A stretch of DNA of 64,000 nt from Scenedesmus sp. PABB004. Taxonomy: Eukaryota. Under the pieces are notes generated by a model. That model saw nothing but the letters and a program-made list of their open reading frames with translations, was not told the origin of the DNA and ran no database searches. Positions 13,101-24,861 of the stretch are shown here, piece by piece. Location of the stretch: positions 1,054,001 through 1,118,000 of the forward strand of contig JABVCE010000002.1 of assembly GCA_014905635.1 (NCBI GenBank). Reading direction: 5' to 3'. The position numbers were made by a program, and so were the translations under genes. How positions within the stretch are numbered: the first letter of the stretch is position 1; each line of letters starts with the position of its first letter.

Positions 13101-14421
13101 GGCCGCGCGCCGACCGCGGCGCGCAGGAGTGGGCGGGCGTGCTCGGCTGCCCCGCCGTGCTGCGCGTCGCCGACGCGTGCGCGGTCGCGGAGGACGGCGC
13201 GCTGCTCGCGGCCACGGTCGGCAAGGCGCCCGCCATCCGCACGGCGCTCGACGTTTGCGTTGCGGCGCTGGACACGTGGCAGGCGGGCGGCGGCGAGGTG
13301 CGCGGCGCGGCGCCGCGGCGGCGCCGGCCCGCCCGCGCTGCGCCGTCCGACGCGCGCTGGCGCCGCCGCCGCCGCAGCCGGACACGCTGGCGGGGCTGGC
13401 GCGGCAGCGATACGCGGGGCTCAACGCCACGCTGCTGGCCAAGTGCGTCGCGCTGCGGCGGCCGCTGTACGCCAAGCTCGCCGCGCACGGGCCCAAGGCG
13501 CGTGAGACGCGGCGGGCGATCTACAGGTGGGGGGGGGGGGGGGTCGGCGCTCGGCGCGGCGGCGGGGCGAGCGCGGGCTGCGAGCGCAGCCAGCCGCCGC
13601 CCTGGCCGCACCGCGCCCCGGCGGCCCGCTCCCGACCGCCGTGCCGCCGCGCCGCGCCGCCGCCAGGTACATCGCCAAGGTGGCCGCACGCTACCCGGAC
13701 TGCCGCACCGCCGGCGCCGCCGCGCCCAGCGACGGCGACGACGCCGCCGCGGCGGCCCCCCCGCCGCACTTGAAGCTGCTGCACCGGTGCGGCGCGGCGC
13801 CCGGCGCTGCGCAAGTCGCTGCGCCGCCGGCGCCGCCGCCGGCGCCCGACGCGTGCGCTGCGCGCCACGCGCCGCGCGCCGCCGCACAGGGTGCAGTCGG
13901 CCGACCCAGAGGACCCGTGGCTGCAGCTCGAGTGGGGCGAGAGCCTGATCGCGCACAGCGGCGGCGCGGGGCTGCGCGACGCCGCGATGCACCTGGAGGT
14001 GGCGTCCGCGATGTTCATGCGCGCGCACCAGCAGCTCAGCGCGGGCGGCGGGGTCGGCGTCACCGCGCTCGACGGCGCCGCGCTCACCCCGGAGTCTGCG
14101 CTCGAGGCGGCGGCGCAGCCGCTCGAGAGCTTCCGCGCGGCCGTCAGGGCCGGCGGTGCGCCGCCGTCGGGGCCGGGCGCGGCCGGGTACTGCGAGCTGC
14201 TCAAGCGGCTGTGCCACCTGCGGCTGCAGCAGGTCGTGCTGGCGCAGCAGGCGCAGGCGGCGGAGCAGCAGGGCGACGCCGGCGCGGCGCAGCACACCGC
14301 GATGGCTGCGCTGAACGCCAAGGCCGACGCGCGGCGCTGCCTGCTGGAGCTCACGGAGCGCCGAGGCTGCGAGGCGGCGGCGGAGGAGATTCGGCGCCTG
14401 GTCGGGCGCGGCGCCGACTGA
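10106..14421 (+). CDS. TMTC-family (GT105, DUF1736 + TPR) protein O-mannosyltransferase-like
   Basis: AYTNTLIGDFTFDDNFAV|ISNGDV...FRHDFW|GQDI..SHKSYRP, FHVLSVALH, LFALHPIHTE|AVAGVVG, ALSKEIGIT, MSADWS, FLPASN, GERLLYTPSIG, RNADW.DEERLF, then TPR-like helices. Confidence 0.88.
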
Positions 14422-14741
14422 GCTCCGTGGGGCGCGCCGTCGGCGCGCGCGTCGCTGAGCGCTGTGACCCTGAGCCTCGAGCTGCCAGGTTTCAGCGGCA
14501 GCGCCCTCTCCGCGGCCAGCGACCGCCCTGAAGCTTCTTCGCGCAGCACGCCCCGCACGCAAGCCCACAGCGCCAGCACGCCCGCGTCGCTTGCGCAGCG
14601 ACGGCGCCCCGTCAACGCCCCCCGCGTGCCCGAGTCAGACCCACACAGCCCAGTCCTGCAAGGCCCCGCCGCCGCACGGGCGGCCGCCCGTGCGCCCGCG
14701 GGGCGCTTGCCCGTGCGCCCCGCGGGGCGCTCGCGTGCTGA

Positions 14742-16583
14742 TCAGCTCGCGTGCTGGAGGAAGTGCGAGAGAGCAATGTCCGCCGCCGAGCGCGGCGCCA
14801 TGGCGCCCGCGCGCACCATGGGCATGAGGCGGGCCATGAGCCACCGCGTGTGCGCGTCGGCGCGGAGGCCCTCGAGCAGCTGCTCCTCCAGGCTCAGCCA
14901 GGTGATGGCCTCGGCGCGGCGCACGCGGCACCTGCGGCGCGGCGCGGCGCGGCGCGGCGCGGCGCGGCGCGGCGCGGCGGCGGTGGGCGCGCCGCGCGCG
15001 CCGCGCGGGGCGGCCGGCCGCACGCGGCGCCTCACTTTTCGAGCTCGCCCGACGCCTCCAGCGCGGCCTCAAACTCGCCCACCAGGCGCGCGAGCGCGGG
15101 CACGTTCTTGCCCGTGTGCGCGCTCACGGCGAGCACCTGCGGCTCCCAGCCGCGGTACCTGCGGCGCAGGCGCGGCGCAGCGCTCGGCGCGTCCGGCGAG
15201 CCCGCACGCGCCCTGCCCGCGCGCAGCCGCGCGCCGACCCGGCCGCGCGCGCGCCGCCGCGCCACCTGTGGGGCATGAGGTGAAGGGCGCCGTCAAACTC
15301 GGCCGCCGCGCGGCCCGCGGCGGCCTCGGTCGCGCCGTCGGCCTTGTTGACCACCACCACGTCAGCCACCTCCATGATGCCGCGCTTGATCACCTGCAGC
15401 TCGTCGCCGCCCTGCGACCGCGCGGCGCGGCGCGCGCGTGAGCCCCACCCCGCCCCGCCCGCTGGCGCGCCGCCGCGGGCGGCCTCCCGCGCGGCCTCCC
15501 GCGCGCGCCGCCTCTCCCACGCACCACCGGGGGCATGACCAGGGTGACGCAGTCCACCAGGTCGGCGACCGCGACCTCGCTCTGGCCCACGCCCACCGTC
15601 TCCACCAGCACGCGGTCGTAGCCGGCGGCCTCGCACACGACCATCGCGTCGTACGTCGACCGACTGACGCCGCCTGGCCCCCGCGCCGCGCGCGGCGCGC
15701 GCACGGTGAGGGGGGCGGCCGCCGCCGCGCGCCTGCTGCGCCGCGCGGGCGCGGCGCGCCCCCAGGCCGGCCCCGCCGCGCCCGCGCCGCGCCGCGCCGC
15801 GCGCCGCGCGGGCCCGCGCACCCAGCGTGCCGCGCGCGGGCGAGGGGCGCACGAACGCGTTGGGGTGGCTGCTCAGCCGCGCCATGCGCGTCTTGTCGCC
15901 GAGGATCGCGCCGCCGCTCTCCGCGCTGCTCGGGTCCACCGCCAGCACTGCGACGCGGCTGCCGTGGTCGGCCAGGTAGCACCCCCACGCCTCGATCAGT
16001 GACGACTTGCCCGCGCCGGGCGGGCCCGACACGCCGATGCGCAGCGACGACGCGCGGCGCGCGTGCGCCGCGGCCGCCGCGGCCGCCGCGGCCGCGCCGC
16101 CAGGCAAGCTGGTGCCCCTCTCTTGCTGCTGCTCCCGCGGCTGCCGCTGCTGCCGCCGGTGCTGCTGCGTGTCATCCACGAGCTTGCGCAGCAGCGCCGC
16201 CGCCTGCAGCGCGTGGTCGGGCCGCGTGCTCTCGCACAGCGTGAGCGCGCGCGCGATGGACAGGCGGCTGCCCGCGCGGATGCCGGCCGCCAGGTCCTCC
16301 ACGAAGCTGCCGCCGCCCACCGAGGCGAGGTAGGCCGCCAGGTGCGCGGCCGCCGCGTGCTGCGGCCGCGACGGCCGCGCGGGGGTGCCCGGCGCATCGG
16401 GCGCCTGTTGCTGCTGCTGGTGCTGGTGCTGCTGCGGCGCTGGCGCCGGGTGCGCCGTCGCCGCGCCACCGACCGCCCAGGCGGGCGGTCCGAACCGCGG
16501 GGCCGCGTGCCGGGCGCTGCCTGGTTGCCGCGCCGGCTCTGGTGCAGCGTCTGCCGCGCTGTGCTGCCGTCGCTCCTGCTGCA

Positions 16584-16615
<32 letters not shown>

Positions 16616-16770
16616 AGCTGCGTCGGTCGTTGCTGCTGCTGCGTGCCGCCGGCGGCCGCCCAGGCGCCGGCGCAGCGCCGCGCAGCGGCCTGGCAGCAGC
16701 AGCACGCGCAAGCGGCCCAGCCGGCGCCGCTGCCGGCAGCGGCGACGGCCAGGCGTGTCGCCGCCCTCAT
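14742..16770 (-). CDS. MMAA: MMAA/MeaB (ArgK family) GTPase, chaperone of methylmalonyl-CoA mutase, with a long Gln-rich N-terminal extension
   Basis: [93 protein letters not shown]. Confidence 0.92.
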
Positions 16771-17242
16771 GCCAGCCGCGTCATGGCAGCCGGGCCAGCT
16801 CTGCAGCCGCAGCTGGCCGGGAGCAGCAGGCTCGGTGGACTGTCGTGTCGGGACGGCCGGCGCGCGTGCAGGCGATGACAGCTTTGCGCCCTGGAGTGTG
16901 GCGTGGTGCGGAGGGCAGCGAAGACCATCGGCGGGCGCGCGTTCGGCTGTGTGACGGCGAGCAGGGACCGCCAAAGACGCAGAGACCTTCTGCCGCTCGC
17001 AGCACCGCGCGCCCTTGCCCCCGCGGGGCTCGCCCGCAACCCACATCATCACAGGCCACGTCCGGCGTCCGCCCCCGCCTCCGAACGCCGCGCCTGCCTC
17101 CGCTGCTGCTGCTGCTGCTGCTGCTGCCCTCGCCCGCCCACAGCCCGCCCCACAGCCCGCCCCGCGAGCCGCTCGCCCGCCCGCGCATCCTCCTCACCTT
17201 CCGCCCCGTGTAGGGCGCACGGCCGCGGGCGGCGGCGGGGGC

Positions 17243-18011
17243 ATGGCGGACAGGGACCCGCCGTCGCGGCGGCCGGCGCCGGTGCCGAGCCTGGACCCGG
17301 CGCACGCGCTGCCCAACAAGGACGGCGACTTCGCGCTCCTGAACAAGCAGCTGCGGGCCTGCTTCGTGTGCAAGCTGGTCAAGGCGACGACGCAGGCGCG
17401 CGCCGCGCGCGGGCGCCGGGCGAGCAGCGACGGGCGGCGGCGGCCCACGCCGCGCCGCGCCGCGCGCCGCCGCGCAGTGGATGGACGGCGGCTGCGACAA
17501 CTGCCGCTGGATGGACATGTCGGACATGGAGTCGCTGGACCAGTGCACGACCACAAACTTCAGCGGGTGCGCGCCGCGCCGCGCCCGCTGGCGCCGGCAG
17601 CGGCCCGCGCCAGGAGCAGCGCGCAGCGCTCACGGCGGCGCCGCCGGCGCAGACTGATGACGCTGATGGAGCCGCCCACGAGCTGGGTGGCCAAGTGGAC
17701 GCACACGGGTGCGCGGCCGGGGGCGCCGCAGCTGCTGCGCGCCCTCAGCAGCTCGCCCGCAGCGGCCGGCGCGCTTGCGCGCCGCCCGACCGCGCCGCCG
17801 CCGCCGCGCGCGCAGCCAAGTGCGTGCCGGGGTGCTACGCGCTGTCGATCAACGACGAGATGCCGCGCCGCCTGCAGGCGCGCGGCGCGGCGCTGCGCTG
17901 CGCCGCGCGCGCGAGCCGCGCGCGGCGGCGCCGGCGCGGGCCGACCCCGCCCGCCCCCGCCGCGCGCCGCAGGAGTCGCTAGAGAACCGCGGCATGCGCA
18001 TGCACCGGTAG
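17243..18011 (+). CDS. SPT4: Transcription elongation factor SPT4
   Basis: LRACFVCKLVK...GCDNC (Zn ligands)...CTTTNFSG|LMTLMEP.TSWVAKW...PGCYALSI. Four introns, two of them GC-AG. Confidence 0.92.
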
Positions 18012-18144
18012 CGCCGGGCGGGACCGCGGCCGCCACGCGCGCGTTTGGGGGGGCGTTGCAGGCGCGCACTGCCGCTGGCGCTCGGCGCGTGGTAAAGCTG
18101 CTGCCGCCGTCGACGTCGCGCGCCCGGCCCGCGCCGCGCGCTCG

Positions 18145-18149
18145 TTACA
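18145..18149 (-). terminator. TGTAA poly(A) signal for GID8
   Basis: ttaca on the + strand about 86 nt past the GID8 stop. UGUAA is the established chlorophyte polyadenylation signal. Confidence 0.6.
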
Positions 18150-18234
18150 GCGCGGCCGCCCGCCGCCCCGGGGCGCGCGCGCGCGCCCTGTACAGCTGAT
18201 GTACACGCCCCTACCCCGCGCGCGCGCCGCCGCG

Positions 18235-19306
18235 CTAGCTGCCCGGCGGCGTGAGCGCGGCAGTGGCGAGGTCGGCGATGCGCGGGTAGGCCGCGCGCTC
18301 GTCGAGCTGCGCCTGCGCCCAGAGCATCATCTTGAGCAGCAGCAGCAGCCGCGGCTCGCGCTCCTGGCCCTGGCTGCTCAGTATCGCGGCGTTGAGCTCG
18401 CTCGCCGTCTTCTGGCGCTGCGCGACGTCCATGAGCTCGCCCACGGGGCTGCGCCGCGCGTCGTCGCCAAACGCGAGCAGCGCGACCGTGCGCTCTGCGG
18501 CGGGCGGCGGCAGCGGCAGCGTGCTCGGCGACAGCGGCCGGCCTGCCAGCCCCGCACCGCGCCGACTGGCTCTGCGCGCCGCCCGGGCGCGCGCCGGCGC
18601 CGTGGCAGCCCGGCGATCCGCGCGGCCCCGCGGTCCGCGCCGCACCCAGCTCCTCCAGGAAGGCCTCGTTCTCCTCGCCGTGCGGCGCGAGGTACTCCGT
18701 CGCAAACGACAGCGCCGCCTCGGTCTGGCCCGCGCGGATGAGCTCGATGAGGCGCTGCTGCTGCAGGTGGAACAGCAGCGGCGCCTGCTCCTCCAGGATC
18801 TGCGCCCGCGGCCGCGCGGCGCGGGGTCGGCGGCGGCGGCTGCGCGGGCCCGCCCCACCGCTGCTGGCCGCGCGCGCCCACCGCGCGCGTGCACGGGCGC
18901 GGCTCGCACCTCTGGGTTGAGGTCGTTGACCCTGCTGATCGCCTCCTCGACCTGCCCGCTCTGCACGGCCTTGCGGATCTCCATGCGGTCCGTGATGCTG
19001 CCGAGCTCCACGCCCGGCGGCGTGCCCGACTCCTGCTCAAACGTGCGCGCCGCGTCGACGTAGCCCTGCGCGCGCGCGCAGAGAGCGGGAGGGGGGAGGG
19101 GGGATGCTGGGCCCCGCGCGCGCCGCCGCCGCTGCTGCGGCGCGCCGCTGCTCGCCGCTGCCAGGCCCGCCGCCGTGCGCGCGCGCCTCTGTGACGAGGA
19201 AGTTCATGACCAAGCGGTTCATGTCCTCCTTGGCCACCTTGACGGCCGCCAGCTTGGCGTCCCAGGCCTCCGCGCTGATCGCCTTCTTGCCCGCGGGCGG
19301 CGGCAT
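18235..19306 (-). CDS. GID8: GID8/TWA1, CTLH E3 complex subunit (LisH-CTLH-CRA)
   Basis: KEDMNRLVMNFLVTE|GYVDAA..FEQESG, ITDRMEIRKAVQSGQVEEAI..VNDLNPE, LFHLQQQRLIELIR, ERTVALLAF, QRQKTASELNAAIL, LLKMMLWAQ. Confidence 0.93.
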
Positions 19307-19558
19307 CGCGCGCGTTCGCGCCGCGCCACGCGCACGCCGGCGGGGCTGCGCCCGATCGCCCGAGCGCGGCGAGGGCCGGTCCCGCGGCCCGACGCAGAGG
19401 GAGAGAGGCCGTCAGGCTCGGCCGGGGCGGCGCGGGGGCAGCAGCAGCGGCGGCGGCGCTGCTGCGCGGCGGCGCGGCGCGGCGGCAACTCGCAACGAGG
19501 CGGGGGCTGCTTATGGGGCCGCTGGCGCCGCCGAACGTGCTTGCGTGAAGCGGTGCGA

Positions 19559-19596
19559 AGGGCTGCAGGGCTGCAGGGCTGCAGGGCTGCAGGGCT
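19559..19596. repeat. 8-bp tandem repeat (agggctgc) x4.75 in the GID8/shikimate kinase divergent intergenic region
   Basis: Directly visible in the sequence. Confidence 0.85.
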
Positions 19597-19910
19597 CGCT
19601 CAACCTGCCGCGGCACGCCGCCGTGCGGGCGTCAGGCGGCCCGCACGCCAACCCAGACGCACCGGAGCTCAGCCACCCGCGCCTCCTCGGCTCGTGCAGG
19701 TGCGGCCGAGCAGCACGCGCGCGCGCCCGCGCCGCCAATTGCGCACGCATTGGCCCCAGCGGCGCCTGCGCAGCTCCACGGTGGCGCCGGGGTCGCACGG
19801 CCATCGCCGCGGCGGAGCCGCGCGGGCGCCGGCCGCCGCCGCCAGCGCCGGCGCTGCTGCCGCCGACGCTGCCGCTGCCGGCCGCCCCGGCGCGCCGCGC
19901 GCAGGGCGCC

Positions 19911-20414
19911 ATGGCCTCCTCCTTTGCCACGCGACAGCAGCTGGCGCGACCGTGCAGCAGCAGCACAGCGGCGCCGCGGCCGCGCGCGGCGGTGGCCGCG
20001 CCGGCCGCCGCGCTGCGGGCCGTGCCGCGGCCAGCGCGCCGCGCGGCGCAGCCGCCGCAGTCGCCGCTGCAGCCGCAGCGGCCGCCGGCGGCGGCGCTGC
20101 TGCGGCGCGGCGCGCGCGCGCAGCGCCCGCCGGCGCCGCGCGCGGCGCCCGAGCCGGCCGCGCCGCCGCCGGCCGGCGGCGCGGGCGGCGAGGCGGAGGG
20201 GCTGGACCCGAGCATCCCCGCGGTGGACCAGGACTTCGACCTGCTCGGCGCGGAGGTGAAGCGGCTGCAGGAGGTGCTGGGCGACGCGCTGAAGGGCTGC
20301 TCCATCTACCTCATCGGCATGATGGGCTCCGGCAAGTCCACGACCGGCAAGATGCTCGCCAACACGCTCAAGTGCGGCCGCGGCACGGCGCGCGGCGCGG
20401 CGGCGGCTGCGCCT

Positions 20415-20455
<41 letters not shown>

Positions 20456-21336
20456 CGCGCCGCGGCTGCTGGTGTGGTGGCCGCAGGTACGCGTTCTTTG
20501 ACACCGACAACGTCATCGAGCTCGCGCACCCGGGGGAGAGCGTGGCCGACATCTTCAAGAAGTACGGCGAGGACTACTTCCGGAACTGCGAGTCCCAGGT
20601 GCGGGCGGGGAGGAGGAGACCCTGGATGGGCGCGCGCGCACGCACGCGGCGGCGGCGGAAGGCGCAGCGCGGGGCCTCGGCGGCTGCGCGGCGGCGCCCG
20701 CTCACGCGGCCCGCGCGCGGGCGGCGGGCGCCAGGTGCTCAAGGAGCTCGCGCCGTACAAGAACCTGGTCGTCGCGACCGGCGGCGGCGCGGTGACGCGG
20801 CCCAAGAACTGGTCCTACATGCACAACGGCATCGTCGCGTGGCTGCAGGGCGACCCCGACCTGCTCGCGCGCCGCGTCGTCGCGGAGGGCATCGAGAAGC
20901 GGCCGCTGCTGTTCGGCGAGGGCGTGTCGGGTGCGGCGCGCGCGCGCGGGGGGTGGCGCGCGGGCGGCGGCGCGCGGCCGCGGCGCGCGCACACTGCTGC
21001 GCCCCGCCGCGCCGACCGCGCCGCGGCCGCCGCCGCGCCGCAGAGGACGAGGCGTACGGCATCAGCCTGTCCAAGCTGCAGTCGCTGCTGGCGGAGCGGA
21101 CCAAGTACTACGAGAACGCGGACGTGACGGTCGACCTGCGCGGCTACGGCAAGGACGAGGGCAGCGGCGCGCCGAGCGCGGTCGTGATGCACCGCCTCAT
21201 GAGCGCCGTGCACGCCAAGATCGAGGCGACCGAGGCGGAGCGCGAGGCGCGGCGCCAGTTCACCATCGAGCGCGCCGGCGACGTGCCGTCGATGCGCAAG
21301 CAGCCCGCGCCCAACGCGCCCGCCGCGGAGGAGTGA
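19911..21336 (+). CDS. Plastid shikimate kinase
   Basis: Transit-peptide-like N-terminus, SIYLIGMMGSGKST (Walker A), FFDTD, IFKKYGEDYFRNCE, VVATGGGAV, RPLL, ERTKYYENAD. Confidence 0.92.
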
Positions 21337-21833
21337 GCGCGGCCGGCGGCGCGCGCGCGGCGGCGCGGGGCGCGTGCAACGTGCCTCGCCGGCGGCGGCC
21401 CGGGGACACGTCGCTCTACGGGACGCGCGCATCCGGTCAGGCGGTGCCAGCAGGGCGGGCGCCGCACGACGAGCAGGCGCCGCGGCGGCGGCCCGGAACC
21501 TGCGCCGTCGCGCAGGTTTCCGGCGCCCCGCGCCCAGCAGCCAAACCCGGCAGGCCGCAGCGCCCGTTCCACTCAGTTGCGACGGTTCACGCGACACAGC
21601 ACGAGCGCCCTCACTCGCTCACGGAACCGCGTTCGGCACTTTCGCGATTTGTCGCTCAATTGATGCTCGCAACGCCTCGTGCGTCGCGCGTGATCGCCGC
21701 CGACACCGCGCTCCGCTCCCATAGTTTTCACGTGACCTGCGGCCGGTCGGTGACCGCGCTCCGACACCGATCGAGCCTCCCACCGGCGGCAGCAGCGGCG
21801 GCCCAGCGGCGGCGGCGCCACGGAGCGCGGCCC

Positions 21834-22890
21834 ATGAGCGCATCCATGGCGCGCAGCGCTGCCGACAGTGCGTCGTCCGTGGAGCGTCAGGGCTCGGCGG
21901 CGCAGGGGCTGCCTGACGCGGCGTCCGCGAAGGACGCGCCGGCGGCGCTGCCGGACTCGGCGTCGGCGAAGGACGCGGCGGCGGCGGCAGCGCCGCAGGC
22001 GGCGCAGCCGGCCCCGCCGCAGCCGGCGCAGCCGCGCTGGCTGGTGTGTGTGGCGGATAACCTGCACTACACGACGTTCCTGCCCATCGTCATCATCAAC
22101 CTCTTGCAGGACGTTGCGCTCGCGATCGGGGCGGTGTGCTGCTGCGGCGTCGCGCTCACGACGCTCCTCGCGAGCTGGCTCCTGCGGCGGCGCGGCCTCG
22201 TCAAGGCGCGCGCGGCGCGCCGCGCGTCGTGCTGCGCCGCGCCGCGTGCCGCGCGCCGCGCGTCGTGCTGCGCCGCGCCGCGTGCCACGCGCCGCGCGTC
22301 GTGCCGCGCCGCGCCGCGCGGCGGCCCGCCTCCGCCGCCGCCCCGCACGGCGCGGGCGTCCGACGCGCGCCGCGCTGCGCGCCCGCCCCGCCGCGGCGCA
22401 GACGTGGCCCAAGAAGTACGACCTGTTCAACCTGCAGCTCTACGCGACGATTATCCCGCTCGCCCTGCTCGTGTCTGCTTGGATGCACACCTGGATCAAC
22501 GTATACGTGAACGCCAGCAACGCGTGCTTCATGTGGGCGACCGTGCTGCTGCCGTGCTGCCAGCCGTTTGTGCACGACTACGTCCTCGACCGCCTCCCCC
22601 CGCGCGCCGCGGACCACCCGCTCGCGCTGCGCATGTCGACCGTTCTCTCGTGCGTCTGGGCGGCCGCGCTCAGCGTCATGGCCGCCGCCGCGGTCGTGCC
22701 CGGCGCGACGCGCACGCCGCCGGGCGTGGTCAACGCGACGGTGATCGTCTGCTCGTACGTGCTCGGCTTCGGCCCGCTCCTCGTCGCGACGGTCGCGCAG
22801 GCGTTCATCAAGCGCTCTTACGCAAAGCGCCTGCGCGCCGCGCTCGCGCCCCCGCCGGCGGCGGCGCCGCCCGCGTGCGACGCGGTGTGA
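21834..22890 (+). CDS. Uncharacterised multi-pass membrane protein (about 6 TM segments)
   Basis: Exon 1 ...YTTFLPIVIINLL...LLRRRGLVK, GC-AG intron 22206-22401, exon 2 TWPKKYDLFNLQL...QPFVHDYVLDRLPP...HPLALRMSTVLSCVWAAAL...; hydrophobic segments and coding-like codon use. Confidence 0.7.
22215..22320. repeat. 36-bp tandem repeat x3 inside the intron
   Basis: cgtcgtg recurs at 22225, 22261 and 22297 with near-identical flanks. Confidence 0.8.
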
Positions 22891-23504
22891 GCGGGCGCCG
22901 GGCCGGTGAGCGGGCGCCGGGCCGGCGGTGCCGGCGCCGCCGGCACCGCCCCCGCGCTGTGTGCCACAGTGGGGCGGCGACGCGCTGGCAGCGTGTGTGT
23001 GTAGAGGTGGTCACTGAAGAACAAAACTGGGCGAGGATCGGTTGGGCGCGTTTGGGGGGGGGCACTGAGCTGAGTGCTGGCGGCCTTGCGGCAGGCTGGC
23101 AACGCGGCGGCGGCGCGCGGCAGCTGCCCGCCCCGCGGTGGAGGGCTTGCACGGGTGGTGCGAACTCGTCGGCCACCTGGCCGCGATGAACAGCGCTTTG
23201 CGTCGGGCGGTGGCGGGCGCCCGCGACGACCGGGCTCGGGCGCCCGAGATACTGCAATTCAGGCGTACCTGGTGCCGCAGAAGACCGCCGCAATGGCGCT
23301 GGGCATCGCGCGGGCAGCTGCGCGGCGGGCGAGGTCTCCGGGGAACCGCGAGAGCGCCGCCCGTTCATTCGCCGCGCCGAGCACTCCCCGATTCACTTCG
23401 CACGCAGCGCCCGCCGCCGCGACACAGCTGGGAGCCAGGCAGCGCCCGGGCCGCCGGCAGTCGATTCTCGGCCACAGCGGCGCCGGCGCGGCGCGGCAGC
23501 AGCC

Positions 23505-24314
23505 ATGGCGGCCTCCCTGCTCAGGGCGGGCGGCGCGTTCAGCGTGGCGTCGACCCGCATGGGCGCGATGCCCCGCGCGCGGCCGGCGGTGGCGGTGGCG
23601 CCCCGCCTCAACTCCATCGCGCCCTGCGTGGTGCCCTCATGCTCCTACCTCGGCGGTGAGCGCCCGGGGGCGCGACGGGGCGCCCGGGCAGCGTTGGGAC
23701 CGGCGGCGCGGCAGAATGGGGCCGCCGCCGGCGCGCGCCGCCGGCGGCGCGGGGCGGCCGCCGCTGCTGCCGGCGGCCGGGCCGGGCGGCGCCGCCGCGG
23801 GCGGGCCCTCGTGGGCGGTCGCGACCCGCCCTGGGCGTGGCAGGAGCAACCAGCAGCGCCGCGCCTCACGCGCGCCCGTCGCGGCCGGCGCTGTCGCAGG
23901 GTCGTTCGGCAGCTCGCTGTTCCGGCCCAGCCCCGCGCGCGGCAGGGGCGCGCTGCTGGTGGTCGCCAACGCCAAGAAGTCCCTGGGCTGCACAAAGCAG
24001 GGCACCCGCAGGTGGGCGGCGGGCGTGCGCGGCGGCGGGCGTGCGCGGCGGCGGGCATGCGCGGCGCCGGCGGCCGCGCGGCGGGCAGGCGTGGCGCCGG
24101 CGGCCGCGCGGCCGCGCCGCCCGCCGGCGGCCCGCCTCGACAACGCTCACCCGCCGCCGCCTGTGCACCCCGCAGGGCGCGCCGCCGCACGTCGGGCTTC
24201 CGCACGCGCATGGCCAGCCCGACGGGGCGCAAGCTGCTGAAGCTGCGCCGCAAGAAGGGGCGCAAGAACCTGTGCCCCGCCAGCGAGCGCTCGAGCGCAG
24301 GCAAGAAGCAGTGA
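23505..24314 (+). CDS. PRPL34: Plastid 50S ribosomal protein L34 precursor
   Basis: Transit peptide followed by [45 protein letters not shown] (L34 signature). Confidence 0.9.
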   Translation: MAASLLRAGGAFSVASTRMGAMPRARPAVAVAPRLNSIAPCVVPSCSYLGGERPGARRGARAALGPAARQNGAAAGARRRRRGAAAAAAGGRAGRRRRGRALVGGRDPPWAWQEQPAAPRLTRARRGRRCRRVVRQLAVPAQPRARQGRAAGGRQRQEVPGLHKAGHPQVGGGRARRRACAAAGMRGAGGRAAGRRGAGGRAAAPPAGGPPRQRSPAAACAPRRARRRTSGFRTRMASPTGRKLLKLRRKKGRKNLCPASERSSAGKKQ

Positions 24315-24861
24315 CGCAGCTGCAGCAGCGGGCCAGGCGCACTGGGGGGCGGGCGGGGCGGGAGGGCCGGGGAGGCTCGGGGCCGACGGGGTAAGCTGAG
24401 CTGACCGCGGAGGATCGCGCCTGCCGCCCGGCGCTGCCGGCGCTTGCGACCCGCGGTCAGCGTTACCAGTGCTGCCAGGCAGGCAGCAGCACTGGCAGCG
24501 CTGCCAGCACGCAGCGCCGCCGCAACCGCTCAGGCCTGGGCGCGGCAGCGGCAGGCGCAAGCTCCGGCGGCGCAGCACGGCGGCAGGCGCGGTCCTGTCT
24601 GCAGCGCGCGGGCGCGCGCGACTGCCGCCGAGCGCTGCACGCCGGCTGCCGACCCCACGCAGGGCGCTGCTCTGCGCCTGGGGGCAGAGGAGCGAAGCCG
24701 TAGGGCGGCGAGGTGGTGACGGCGCCACGCGGCCTTGCGAGGCGGCGCGGGGACGTGGGGGGGGGGGGGGTGGCGCCGGGGGTGGGCGCAGCGGGAGGGC
24801 AACCCTGCGCACAGGTGCTGTGCGCTCTGGTGGTGGGGGTGGGGCGCTCGGCCGGCGCGCG

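Noticed and set aside
16385..16954. Cys-rich metallothionein-like ORFs (also 34200-34350)
   Set aside because: These are antisense readings of CAG (poly-Gln) tracts in MMAA and OEP61.
22215..22320. 36-bp repeats of CRISPR-like length
   Set aside because: They are head-to-tail copies with no unique spacers, lie inside a eukaryotic intron, and have no cas genes nearby.
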